Below, in pieces: positions 25,669-37,831 of a stretch of DNA of 63,156 nt (position 1 is its first letter; every line of letters begins with the position of its first letter). The DNA comes from Octopus sinensis (taxonomy: Eukaryota). The stretch is from assembly GCF_006345805.1 (NCBI RefSeq), contig NW_021831997.1, positions 1 to 63,156 of the forward strand. The letters run 5' to 3'. The notes beneath the pieces were generated by a model. It had not been told where the DNA came from. It did no database searches and worked only from the letters and a program-made list of their open reading frames with translations. The position numbers and the translations under genes are program-made.

Positions 25669-26451
25669 TGATATTAAGTCTTTTGATTTAGGTATGCACC
25701 CTGTGACTAAGCAATAAACTTCTGGCTAGAAGCAAAGCGAAACGCCATCAGCGGATTTGAACACATGACCCATAGACATCCGGTCCAATATTGTATGTAC
25801 TGGACCATCTCCCCTTCAGTTTTATAACATTTTTACTTGTTTCAGTCACTGGACTGCGATAGTTCACAGTCTTGAAGGTTTTAGTCGATGAAATCGATAC
25901 CTGAACTTATATTTTTTTTAAACTCTGGAATCTATTCTATCGGTCTCATCTCCCGGAACGCTAACTAATAAGAACTAAAATAACGACCATCGGTCATCAG
26001 GCTGTGGGTAGATAAGCGCAAAGACACGCACAAACACTCAAACACAGACAAACACAGAAGCACGCACACACAGGCCCGCGCGCATGCACGCATGTGTGTG
26101 TGTGAAGGACTTGCAGTTTCTGTCTATCAATGATTCAGTCGGCAAGGGTTTTAGTAGAAGACACTTACAAAAGGACTCACGCAGTGGGTATGAACTTGAA
26201 ACAGCGTGGTCGTGAAGTAAACTTCTTAACCACACACCCACAGCCGAGCTTTATTAATGAAAAAGTGAGTTTAAACGACTGAGTTTTCGGCTTTATTCGC
26301 TCTCGATGGACGGAAGTAAAGCATTGCCGATTTCGAGATTTGAACTTAACGCAGAAGGAATTGTTTTACTGTTTAATCCAGAGCATTCCTGAATCAACAG
26401 ACTTATAAGCAAATGTATTTTAATCCTATTTTAATTGTTCATAGATGCTAT

Positions 26452-26527
<76 letters not shown>

Positions 26528-26529
<2 letters not shown>

Positions 26530-26700
26530 CGTTAGCCACTACACACATTTTTTCTCTCCTTGTTTTTTCTGTGTCCCTTTCTGTAGAAGAGCGTAGGCTC
26601 GAAACGTAAAAGACTTTTTCTATTCCTGAGCGTTATACTAATACATCTGTTTGTTTTGTACGCCACCTGTCTTCTTCTTTCGTTTTTTTTCGTGAACTCT

Positions 26701-26705
<5 letters not shown>
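26528..26705 (+). mobile_element. Short PLE-tail-like repeat with HHR-like motif (CUGUAGA core)
   Basis: uuu-CUGUAGA-A-GAGC(guag)GCUC-GAA-ACGU-A-aaa at 26573-26614; sits between (GATA)n and (TA)n. Confidence 0.7.
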
Positions 26706-26731
<26 letters not shown>

Positions 26732-26780
26732 GATATATATATATATATATATTATATATACATATATATATATATACATA

Positions 26781-26823
<43 letters not shown>

Positions 26824-27196
26824 ATATATAATATATATATATATATAATATATATATATATACTTATATATATATATATACTTTAAACATGTCTTCTATT
26901 GTAAAAAGTTGAGTATTATTTGTGAAGGTGAGTGGCTTAGAGCATTGAAGTATTCAACTTAGAATCATTAGGTGCAGGCTTTGCGTCTCGAATCGGGCGA
27001 CGCTTTGTCTCGTTGGGAAAGACACTTTATTTTTACTTTGCTTCAGTCGACTTAGTTGAAAACGAATACAAGCGGTAGTTGGGAAAATTAATCTTTCAAG
27101 AAATTGAGTCTCGTTCAGTATCATGAGATGTTGTATGCTCAATCGCTTAAACCCCATGGAAACCAGAATAAACTCCCGGCTTAATTAATGGGCTTG

Positions 27197-27417
27197 TAAG
27201 CTTGTGAGAGAATTTCTTTTAAAGTATCATTCATGGGAGATTTTGATGGCTATTTCTAGCAGGTCGAACCACGAAATACAGCCTTCCTCAAACGCAGAAA
27301 ACTAGATAAGCTTGTGAGAGAATTTCTTTTAAAGTATCATTCATGGGAGATTTTGATGGCTATTTCAAGCAGGTCGAACCACGAAATACAGCCTTCCTCA
27401 AACGCAGAAAACTAGAT
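27197..27417. repeat. 110-bp tandem duplication
   Basis: Two adjacent copies, one substitution seen. Confidence 0.9.
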
Positions 27418-27739
27418 GTAAGTTGTGAAAAGTTATATATTCTCTGGCACCCTATCATTAAGATCGTTGCCCCACTGGCTAAATCATATATCAAACAAAC
27501 ATGATGTAATTTTTAGTTTATTTCTCATGCAAAAAAAGCAAGACAAAAGTATTCTGCTATGTTCTAATGATGGAATTTTCTTGAATCACGATAAAATTAT
27601 CTTTTGATCTCTGTTAAACCACCGTAAGCAAAATTAAGTAAAATTAGACATCCTTCAAAGTTAATTATTTTTATCAATATCCTTTCTATTTCGATTATTG
27701 ACGTTTATAGTTACCGTTGACGTTATTAAGTATTGCAGC

Positions 27740-27770
27740 AGCAGCAGCAGTTGTCGTCGTCGTCGTCGTC

Positions 27771-27829
<59 letters not shown>

Positions 27830-27882
27830 TAGTGGTGGTGGTGGTGGTGGTGGTTGTGGTCGTCGTCGTCGTCGTGGTAGTA

Positions 27883-27915
<33 letters not shown>

Positions 27916-27949
27916 GCAGTTAGTGGTGGTGGTCGTCGTCGTCGTTGTT

Positions 27950-27999
<50 letters not shown>

Positions 28000-28210
28000 T
28001 AGTGGTGGTGGTGATCGTCGTCGTCGTCATCGTCGTAGTAGTGGTTGTAGTGGTAGTGTTTCCCCTACTTCCCTTCTAATTATACTTTCATTGCCTAACC
28101 GTTCTAATAATAATGATAATAATAACTATTATTATTATTATTACTATTACTGCTACTACTACCACCACTACTACCACTACTACCACTATTATCACTACTG
28201 CTACTAATCC
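27740..28210. repeat. Compound trinucleotide microsatellite (GTC/GTA/GGT, then TAT/TAC)
   Basis: Direct inspection; the first block is repeated twice. Confidence 0.95.
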
Positions 28211-28550
28211 TACTACCTACTACAGATGGTGATGGAATTGATGTGAGGGCGTTGATAGAGTTTTGTAGCTGTTATTTTAATTATTGAGATTGTTATTATT
28301 TTTGTTGATAACGATGATAATGTTCGCGGTAACGATGTTCTATTAATTTTATTTAATGTTTTCGTATTTTGCTTCATTTATCACGGTTGCTTGAATTTTA
28401 CAGAATATCTTGTTAAGTTTACATAAAGTCTTGTTTTGGGATAATCTTAAATCCTATATTATTACATGTGTGCATGCTATGAGTATATATGTATGTGCAT
28501 GCATATACATGAATATGTATGTATATATACATATATACATACATGACATA

Positions 28551-28715
28551 GGAGTGGCTGTGTGGTAAGTAGCTTGCTTACCAACCACATGGTTCCGAGT
28601 TCAGTCTCATTGCGTGGCACCTTGGGCAAGTGTCTTCTACTATAGCCTCGGGCCGACCAAAGCTTTGTGAGTGGATTTGGTAGACGGAATCTCAAAGAAG
28701 CCCGTCGTATATATG

Positions 28716-28789
<74 letters not shown>

Positions 28790-28850
28790 TTTGTATGTCT
28801 GTGCTTGTCTCCCCAACATCGCTTGACAACCGATGTTGATGTGTTTGCAT
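28551..28850 (+). mobile_element. SINE family A, 3' truncated
   Basis: Head, (TA)n and partial second half. Confidence 0.85.
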
Positions 28851-28929
28851 CTGTGGAGCAGTTGGAGTCTGACTTTCTTTCTGCTCTCTAACTTTAACCA
28901 AATCTAATATTTTTTTTTATTTTGATGTT

Positions 28930-29280
28930 TATGGAAGTCGAATGAACTGTTTCTTTATACGCTTGATTACTCCGTGTGAGTAGTATTCACATTGTAGAAG
29001 TGGGTAAACAGCATCATATCATCAAACAAAAAACGGATGAAGTTTGCAGGGTCATTATCCAAGTAGAAATTTTGTTAAGTTTTTTCATGGTTATAAAGGT
29101 ACGCTGTTGATGCTTCTTCCATTTGTCGAGATGTGTAGTTTACCTGCCTAACATCGTTGTCCGTGTTGCCAGACATTAAAAAAATTTTCTGGGAGCCATA
29201 GACGGATACGTAAAAGGTAAATCTCGCAAACAAGCTCGCATGTAGGAACCCATTGATTTCTCATATAAGCTATGTAAGTT
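28930..29280 (-). mobile_element. Decayed mariner transposase fragment
   Basis: Minus translation EKLNKISTW...DNDPANFIRFLFDDMMLFTHFYNV resembles the mariner KL..v.arW / DP.F...ivT.DE.W region. Confidence 0.45.
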
Positions 29281-29302
29281 CGTGTGTTGAAGCATATTCT
29301 GT

Positions 29303-29500
29303 TGTGTCTGGGGAGAGTCATTTTCTTTTTGTGCCTTATTATTGAAAACTATTACTGAAAACTATAGAGTCAAAACTATTGAAAAGGTTGCAACACGCAA
29401 CGAAAATTTTAGAAAATAAAAATAAGAAATAAGTGGAAATTTTACCGGTGCGTGTGTTAAATAATAAGGCACAAAAAGAAAGTGACTCTCCCCAGACACA
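29303..29500. mobile_element. MITE with about 40-bp TIRs
   Basis: tgtgtctggggagagtcattttctttttgtgccttattatt / aataataaggcacaaaaagaaagtgactctccccagacaca. Confidence 0.75.
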
Positions 29501-29505
29501 GAGAG

Positions 29506-29882
29506 GAAGCACTCCGTCGGTTGCGACGACGAGGGTTCCGGTTGATCCGAATCAACGGAACAGCCTGCTCCTGAAATTAACGTGTAAGTGGCTGAGCACT
29601 CCACAGACACGTGTACCCTTAACGTTGTTCTCGGGGATATTCAGCGTGACACAGAGAGTGACAAGGCCGGCCCTTTAAAATACAGGTACAACAGAAACAG
29701 GAAGTAAGAGAAAGTTGTGGTGAAAGAGTACAGCAGGGATCACCACCATCCCCTGCCAGAGCCTCGTGGAGCTTTTAGGTGTTTTCGCTCAATAAACACT
29801 CACAACGCCCGTTCTGGGAATCGAAACCGCGATCCTATGACCGCGAGTCCGCTGCCCTAACCACTGGGCCATTGCGCCTCCA
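29506..29882 (-). mobile_element. SINE family C, full length
   Basis: Reverse complement of 31696-32081. Confidence 0.9.
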
Positions 29883-30427
29883 CACACACAACAGATTATG
29901 CGACTTCCCAACATAACTATTGATGGTAAGTCTATTCTCTTAATTGAGTCACGATAAGCTTTGAGATTTGATTTTAGCTCGCAGTGAAAACACACAAAAT
30001 ATTCAGCGGTTTCCCAAGCTGTTGTTCTCGCCTCGTGCCTTTACACTTTAAGAATGTGACTAATCAAAGCGGACGTGTACATTCATATTTATTGCTAAGA
30101 TTTATAATTATAGCTGACAGTACTAAAAGGCGAGAAATCCAAGCGATCAGAAGTGATGATGCGAGTATTCAGCGGTCATATATAGCATGGGAATAGATTC
30201 AGCCCAACTTGTGAATTGATCGTTGACGTTGAATAAATAGCGATGTCGTTTCGAAGACGGAGGTGAACTATCAATACAGTGTCTATGTGAAAATGTTAGC
30301 AGAGTGAAACAATTTATAGGAGTGATTCTGTAGCTGGAGATCTTAGCACTTTCAATACAAAGGTAGCTGAGTTCAAGCCCAATGTTTAATATATTTGTTA
30401 AACCTTAACTATAAAGAGACGTCGGAA

Positions 30428-31027
30428 GGGCGGCGATTTGGCAGAAACATTAGCGCGACGGGCAAAATGCTTAGCGGTATTTCGCCTGCCGCTACGTTCT
30501 GAGTTCAAATTCCGCCGAGGTCGACTTTGCTTCTCATACTTTCGGGGTCGACAAATCAAGTACCAGTTACGCACTGGGGTCGATGTAATCGACTTAATAC
30601 CTATGTCTATCCTTGTTTGTCCCCTCTGTGTTTAGCCCCTTGTGGGTAATAAAGAAATAGGTATTTCGCCTGCCGCTACGTTCTGAGTTCAAATTCCTCC
30701 GAGGTCGACTTTGCCTCTCATCCTTTCGGGGTCGATAAATTAAGTACCAGTTACGCACTGGGGGTCGATTTAATCTACTTAATCCCTTTGTCTGTCCTTG
30801 TTTGTCCTCTCTGTGTTTAGCCCCTTGTGGGTAGTAAAGAAATAAGTATTTCGCCTGCTGCTGCGTTCTGAGTTCAAATTCCGCCGAGGTCGACTTTGCC
30901 TTTCATCCTTTCGGGTCGATTAAATAAGTACCAGTTACGAACTGGGGTCGATGTAATCGACTTAATCCCTTTGTCTGTCCTTGTTTGTTCCCTCTATGTT
31001 TAGCCCCTTGTGGACAATAAAGAAATA
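30428..31027 (+). mobile_element. SINE family B head-to-tail trimer
   Basis: One full unit plus two A-box-less units, with junctions aaagaaata(g/a)|gtatttcgcc at about 30660 and 30845. Confidence 0.9.
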
Positions 31028-31695
31028 AGAATGTGAAATAGAACTGAGTGTGTGAAAAGCAGCCAGATCTAAGATTAACTAGTGCATTAATGAGTAAAGT
31101 GTTAGGAAAAATGCCGAATTGGAAGGGCCCAGGACCAGATTTAGTACAAGGGTATTGGCTAAAAAGAATTTAGTATTTTACATAGGAGGCTGAGAGAACA
31201 ACTTCAAGATTACCTTAATGGAGGAATAGTTGCAGATTGGATGACGATACTCATCATGAAATATAAGAGTAATACAAGAGTAATACAAGAGTAATTACAA
31301 GAGTAATACAGCTAGCAACTGCAGACCAATCTCTTGCTTACCATTAGTGTGGAGGCTGTTAACAGGAATGCTTTCAGAAAGTATTTGGGAGCACCTTGAC
31401 AACCAGAAGTTACTGCCAGAAGAACAGAAAGATTGCAGGAAGAAAGCTAGAGGAACGCATGATCAATTATACATAGACAAAGCATTTCTAAATTAAGTGA
31501 AAACTAGAAAGAAAAGTTTAACAAAAGCATGGATAGATTATAGGAAAGCCTATGAAATGATTCCTACATTAATGGATAAGAGAATGTTTGAGTAAGTTCA
31601 GTATAGCAGACAATATAAGAGAATTAATTAGCTGTAGCATGACGAAATTGATCTCTACTCCGGTGACACACTGTTAAGGAGAGTTAATATCAGAG

Positions 31696-32081
31696 TGGAG
31701 GCGCAATGGCCCAGTGGTTAGGGCAGCGGACTCGCGGTCATAGGATCGCTGTTTCGATTCCCAGACCGGGCGTTGTGAGTGTTTATTGAGCGAAAACACC
31801 TAAAAGCTCCACGAGGCTCCGGCAGGGGATGGTGGTGATCCCTGCTGTACTCTTTCACCACAACTTTCTCTCACTCTTACTTCCTGTTTCTGTTGTACCT
31901 GTATTTCAAAGGGCCGGCCTTGTCACTCCCTGTGTCACGCTGAATATCCACGAGAACTACGTTAAGGGTGCACGTGTCTGTGGAGTGCTCAGCCACTTAC
32001 ACGTTAATTTCAGGAGCAGGCTGTTCCGTTGATCGGATCAGCCGGAACCCTCGTCGTCGTAACCGACGGAGTGCTTCTTTT
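31696..32081 (+). mobile_element. SINE family C nested in the R4-like RT
   Basis: TSD ttaatatcaga at 31684-31694 and 32082-32092. Confidence 0.92.
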
Positions 32082-32403
32082 TTAATATCAGAAGAGGAAT
32101 TTTCCAGGAGGACTCGTTATCCTCTTTAATATTTGTCTTATATTTAATTCCCAACAATTTATTATTAAGAAAGGCAAAGGCAGAGTATCAGTTCAGAAAT
32201 AGTAAGCAAAAACGTAACTATTTGCTCAACTATGGATGACCTGAAGCTTTTCAGTAAGAATGAAAAAGTGATAGATTCCTTAATACAGACTGTAAGGGTC
32301 TTCAGCAAAGATATAGGCGTGGAATTTGGCATAGATACGTGTGCAATATTAGTCATGAAAAAGAAAAAGGGGACAAGTAGTCAACAGCGTAGGCAGCGTA
32401 GTT

Positions 32404-32475
32404 AGCAGAGTGGCGCAGTGGAAACGTGCTGGGCCCATAACCCAGAGGTCCGTAGATCGAAACTACGCTCTGCTA
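32404..32475 (+). tRNA. tRNA-iMet-CAT: Initiator tRNA-Met(CAT), probably a retroposed pseudogene/chimera
   Basis: 72-nt cloverleaf with A1-U72, three G-C pairs in the anticodon stem, CAT anticodon and AUCGAAA T-loop. C13-A22 mismatch, no T4+ terminator, fused to a SINE tail. Confidence 0.9.
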
Positions 32476-33659
32476 AGTGGACTTTGTGCTAAAGGCGGTG
32501 CTCCAGCATGGCCGCAGTCAAATGACTGAAACAAGTAAAAGAGTAAAAGAGTATCCAATTACTTGATGTCCAGACATTAAGATCATTGAAAGAAGGAAAG
32601 AGTTATAAGTACCTAGGAATATTAGACTTAGCTATTGAATTACAGAGACTATGAAAAGTGTTGGCAAAATGTATCCCAGTAGTTATAGATGCATTGGGAA
32701 CCATCCCTAAAGATCTGAACATATGGATAGAGGAATTAGGCATAAAACTCAATTTAATACTGCTCCAGAAGACAAGGACAACTAGGATACTTAGGAGGGT
32801 TCTTGACATCTAAGGTTATTTGTTGTAGTCCGATGTTAGGATTTTTTTCTTTTTCCAACAGTCTAATCTGTTGAATGTATATGAAAATAATAAGTTTTTC
32901 AGAGACTCATATGGGGTATCTTTCTGTGCAAAACTGATATATTTTTCTGGTCTCAAGTGTAACGTTTGTTGTAATATACTCAAATTTCATATGTTTTTGC
33001 ATAAGATTCCAGATTGCAACTTGTCCCCCTATTTCCACAAAACATAGAAATTAATACGGAAACTGACAGAAAGGAAGCCTTACCGTTGACATAGAAAAGC
33101 AATTGCCAGTCATGTGTGTAAGGTGTTTTCTAGTCAAGAAGAAGTATATATATATATATATATACTAATCATCCAAATCCTGAACAAAAATGCTCAGCGA
33201 TTCGATCCTCTCGGATACCCTGTTGAAGGCAACCCGAAGGGAATTGCCTGAGATAGAAATCGGTAGTAAAGGACGCACATGACAAAAAATCACGTCGAGG
33301 TCACCAATATAGCATGCACCATGGCTTACTGAAATCTGTGTGGAACGAACTAATTCGTTCGACTAATTCATACGTTGGCGATTGAGAACGTAAATCTATA
33401 TGCAGATTACTGTACACTGATTAGTTTATTTCAATTAAACTGGAGACAATTAAATTTCACCAGCCAAGCAAAGTGGATTGCACTCAGATCGCGTGGCCGT
33501 TAAATTCCAATGACATTTATTACACAGTAAAACTGAACTAAATCGTGAAATGCTGCGAAGTTATATAATATATTTCTTTATGGAAATGTATTAATATATT
33601 TAAATATGTATGGATGTGTAATTTACAAGCATATACAATTATTATATATATATATTTCA

Positions 33660-33845
33660 TTTTCATTTTATCATTTTATCATTTTATCTAGTTTCAGCTC
33701 ATGAGCTGTGGCCATGCTGGGGCACCGCCATTCGGTGTTGCTACATGATTTTACTTCACGAATGCTTTTTAGCAATTGGCATTTGGTGCATGAGAGAGTT
33801 TGATGCAGCTGCCCTCATCTGCACCTGCTGCCGTGAAGTTGGTTC
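33660..33845 (-). mobile_element. 5'-truncated CR1-like LINE 3' end
   Basis: EPTSRQQVQMRAAASNSLMHQ followed by ggcggtgccccagcatggccacagc...(aaaatgat)n. Confidence 0.7.
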
Positions 33846-33935
33846 ATATATATATATAATAAAATATTAGGGAATAAATCCAAACTCACAGGGAAAAATC
33901 AGATTTAGGATTGAATCCAATTTTATAGTAAAATA

Positions 33936-34193
33936 TTATATTATATTAAATTAGAGATAAACCACTATTAGGCAAATCATACAATGAAAAACTTAAGCCA
34001 ATACATAAGATTAATTAATTTATATTATTTTAAATATATATCAAAATTATCAAAAAAAGATAATTAGTAATTACTAATTATCTTTTTTTAATAATTTTGA
34101 TATATATTTAAAATAATATAAATTAATTAATCTTATGTATTGGCTTAAGTTTTCATTGTATGATTTGCCTAATAGTGGTTTATCCCTAATTTA

Positions 34194-34204
<11 letters not shown>
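33936..34204. repeat. Spacer-less long palindrome, about 135-bp arms
   Basis: Centre 34070/34071 (gataattagtaa|ttactaattatc); about 2 mismatches and 1 indel seen. Confidence 0.9.
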
Positions 34205-34244
<40 letters not shown>

Positions 34245-34452
34245 GTATTTGGAAGGACACATATTAAACTCTGTTGGACTTTTGGATTTTACTCAAAGGA
34301 TATTGGAATATTGCATATATACCATGATGACTATAAAACGGATTTACAACTTCAATACCCACATATACCTAACATCTATTTTCTTTCCTCCACCTCACTC
34401 TCTATTTGTATAACATCGAAACTAACTATGACTTAATTTTTCCTCTCACACC

Positions 34453-34506
34453 GTCTCTGAAATGAAGGGATATTATCAATTAATATCCTAGAAACAGCTG
34501 TAAGAC
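34453..34506 (+). ncRNA. Minimal type I HHR-like motif with 2-nt core insertion
   Basis: GUCU-CUGA(AA)UGA-AGGGAUAU..AUAUCCUA-GAA-ACAGCUGU-A-AGAC. Same family as 52751 and 54328. Confidence 0.55.
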
Positions 34507-34844
34507 CTTCTATCTATAAATGCTCCAATATCTACACAGCCTTGGTTTTTTTTATCTTATTACGCAAAAAATTCTTATATATATATATATCAAATACATA
34601 CATACATATATATACATACATACATACATACATACATACATACATACGTACATACATACGTACGTACATACATACATACATACATACATACATACATACA
34701 TACATACAGGCATACATACATACATACATACATACATGCATACATACATACATACATACATACATACAAACATATGCACATACGTGAGTGTGTGTGTGGG
34801 TGTATGTGTGTGTGTGTGTGTGGAAACGAAAATAAGTATATATA

Positions 34845-35665
34845 AAGGGTACAGTGAATAAACTGTTGTCTAAATTACGCAAAAATGAAAATAACACGGA
34901 CATCGCATTTCAACAGATATTTTACCAAAAAATACCTTGAAATACTAAAAAGTAAACTTATTCAATAAAATCGCCAATGACTTCAACCAAGTCCTCCAGA
35001 CGACTTCGGAATTTCCTGCAACTCTTCTGGACAGTCTCCTTGATTAAGTTGGTGAATGCTGCCATAATCCTTGCCTTCAGTTCACCTTTGGTATTAAAAG
35101 GAGAATTGTTGGTCTCTCGCTTACCTGCACCCCATACATAATAATCAAGCAGTCTGGGGAATAAGGTAGCCAGATGTTAGGGGTTACGAGGATGCAGAAA
35201 TTGTCTGACAGCAATGACTGGGTTCTCCTGCTGGTGTGGCATAATGCAGAGTCCTGTTTCCAGACATGAGGTCTTCCAGCAGCCACTCTCTTGACCCAGG
35301 ACTGCACTACCACTTGATGTAGGTCACCGTGTTGAGCGTGAGGCCGTGCAGGAAAATGAATGGAGGCATAACGTCGCCATCACTAGTGATCACTCCAAAC
35401 ACCATGATGTAGACAGGACGTTTGATTTTTATCATTCTCGGCACATATTCGTATTGGAGCTTCCGGTGCGAATGTTAAGCAGTACAGCATGTCGTTTCCA
35501 AATTTCTGACAGAGTGAATTGCGCCGTGGGGCTGTTTTTCTCACAGACGGTGCCCAACTGACTCTACTATACTGTGTAGTCTACAACATCAAAAGCAAGG
35601 AATGCACATGCGCGAAATTCAAACTATAAAATGGCGAAAATTTACCCATCGCACCCCGAACAAAT
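34845..35665 (-). mobile_element. Internally deleted DD37D (maT-like) Tc1/mariner element
   Basis: GRPHVWKQDSALCHTSRRTQ...NIWLPYSPDC...ETVQKSCRKFRSRLE; homologous to 57875-59115. Confidence 0.8.
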
Positions 35666-35995
35666 GTACATATATATGTACACATACATACATACATACA
35701 TATATATATACGTATATATATATCGAGTTAGAGAGGGGGAAAAGAAAATGTATGTATCATCTTATGTGCGTACACACATATACTCGTATGTGTGTATGTG
35801 TGTGTGTACGTGTGTGTGTGTGTGTGTGTTGTGTGTGTGTGTGCGTGCGTGAATACATTGTCACCGCAAGGGAACATTATTCATACATTTTGATACTGAA
35901 GATTTACGACTTTAAATACTACTAGAAATTTATGTAAATATATATTGCTTCTGGTTCCCGATCAGGCACAGCTGCTTCAAAAATTATGCCATGTG

Positions 35996-36054
<59 letters not shown>

Positions 36055-36089
36055 TGTATATATATATGCGTATATATATATATATATAT

Positions 36090-36163
<74 letters not shown>

Positions 36164-36231
36164 TGTATATATATATATATACATATTGCATATATATATA
36201 TATGTATATATTGTATATATATATATATATA

Positions 36232-36263
<32 letters not shown>

Positions 36264-36801
36264 TATTTGTGTGTGTGTGCGTTTGCGAGAGAGAGAGAGA
36301 GAGAGAGAGAGGGGGGAGAGAGATAACATGAGTTATAAAACTGTCAGTTGCTTCATTGTGGTCCAATCTAAAATTTAAACATAATAATCGAACACCTTCT
36401 TACGCACATATGAATATAGATCGCAGTGTATGTGTGTGTGTGTTTGTAATTACGTTAACTGGCTTTAATTTAATTCTCTTTCGCTCTCTTCCTAAACAGC
36501 TTACAGCAATGTTCCGTCATCATTATCAGTTACTGCTACCTCCCACCACTACCATTATTAATCTTGTCAATAAGAATACACGTCACTATTATCTTATATA
36601 TAAATAAATAGGTAGATCGATAGATAGATAGATCTTATATACATATATAAATAAACATCTATATATGTATAAATGTATATATATTTATATATATATATAT
36701 ATATATAAAATTTATATTTAATGTAGGATAAAATTTTTTCGAAAACGAATTTTATCAATGGCCAGCATATTAAAAAATACCTTTAAAGGTTAAATTTATA
36801 A

Positions 36802-37135
36802 ACAAGTTATAAATAAGGGCAAACGAAAAAACTTCTAATGCCAAATATGCCGAAATTAGACACCTTGTCCATAACCATATAATTTTTCACAATACGCACG
36901 CTACTCAAAAAAAGGTCGACAGAAATCTCTAAAAAATTCCATTATTACAATATCGGACGAAGGGAGGGTTCTTACGAACTAACCCTGAAATCGGTCCGAT
37001 ATGGTAATAATGGAATTTTTTAGAAATTCTGTCGACCTTTTTTTGAGTAGCGTGCGTATTGTGAAAAATTATGTGGTTATAGACAAGGTGTCTAATTTCG
37101 GCATATTTTTTTGTTTGCCCCTATTTATAAGTTGT
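36802..37135. mobile_element. Hairpin MITE (~150-bp arms, ~35-nt loop)
   Basis: acaagttataaataagggcaaac...atatcggac pairs with gtccgatat...gtttgcccctatttataagttgt. Confidence 0.85.
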
Positions 37136-37151
37136 ATATATATATATATAT

Positions 37152-37186
<35 letters not shown>

Positions 37187-37207
37187 GATAGATATATATA
37201 TATATAT

Positions 37208-37304
<97 letters not shown>

Positions 37305-37447
37305 TAGATATAGATATATATGTTCATATATGTAGCCATAAATCCAGAATGTATTTATATTTGATACTTGTGTATATGAATGTATGCATGTGTGTGTGTG
37401 TTTCGAGGGATGCATTATCCGGATACCGAATTAAGGATGACCAAATG

Positions 37448-37538
37448 GATGAAACCTGACGAAGCTGCACCGACAATATTACAAGGTTGCATTTGCGATA
37501 GTGAGTAGTCGCTGCAGCGGAAACACGTGTAAGTCATT
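37448..37538 (+). ncRNA. Degenerate minimal HHR-like motif with long stem II
   Basis: CUGACGA-A-GCUGCA...UGCAGC-G-GAA-ACACGUGU-A; stem I imperfect. Confidence 0.45.
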
Positions 37539-37738
37539 ATAATATGCTGTATATAACTATAAAATAAGTTTTGTGGGTGTATGAGTCTCCATACTCTTTA
37601 TTATTATTAATATATATCACTTTATTTAGTGATACATCAATTTTTAGTGATATTTTTATATTATTATTTATGTCTATTTATATTAATGAAGACTCTACAT
37701 AAACACATCCATATGTGCTGCAGTTATTATATATAAAT

Positions 37739-37831
<93 letters not shown>

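Larger units (their letters stand above)
31030..32880 (+). mobile_element. Decayed R4/Dong-clade non-LTR retrotransposon (RT plus REL C-terminus), internally deleted, two nested insertions
   Basis: MPNWKGPGPDLVQGYWLK; NCRPISCLPLVWRLLT; LLPEEQKDCRK; AWIDYRKAYEM; IFQEDSLS; MDDLKLF; YKYLG; then LAIELQRL..IPVVIDALGTIPK..RILRRVLDI*. Confidence 0.9.

Noticed and set aside
27717-28207. Poly-Val/Gly/Ser ORFs
   Set aside because: Trinucleotide microsatellite with no splice or homology support.
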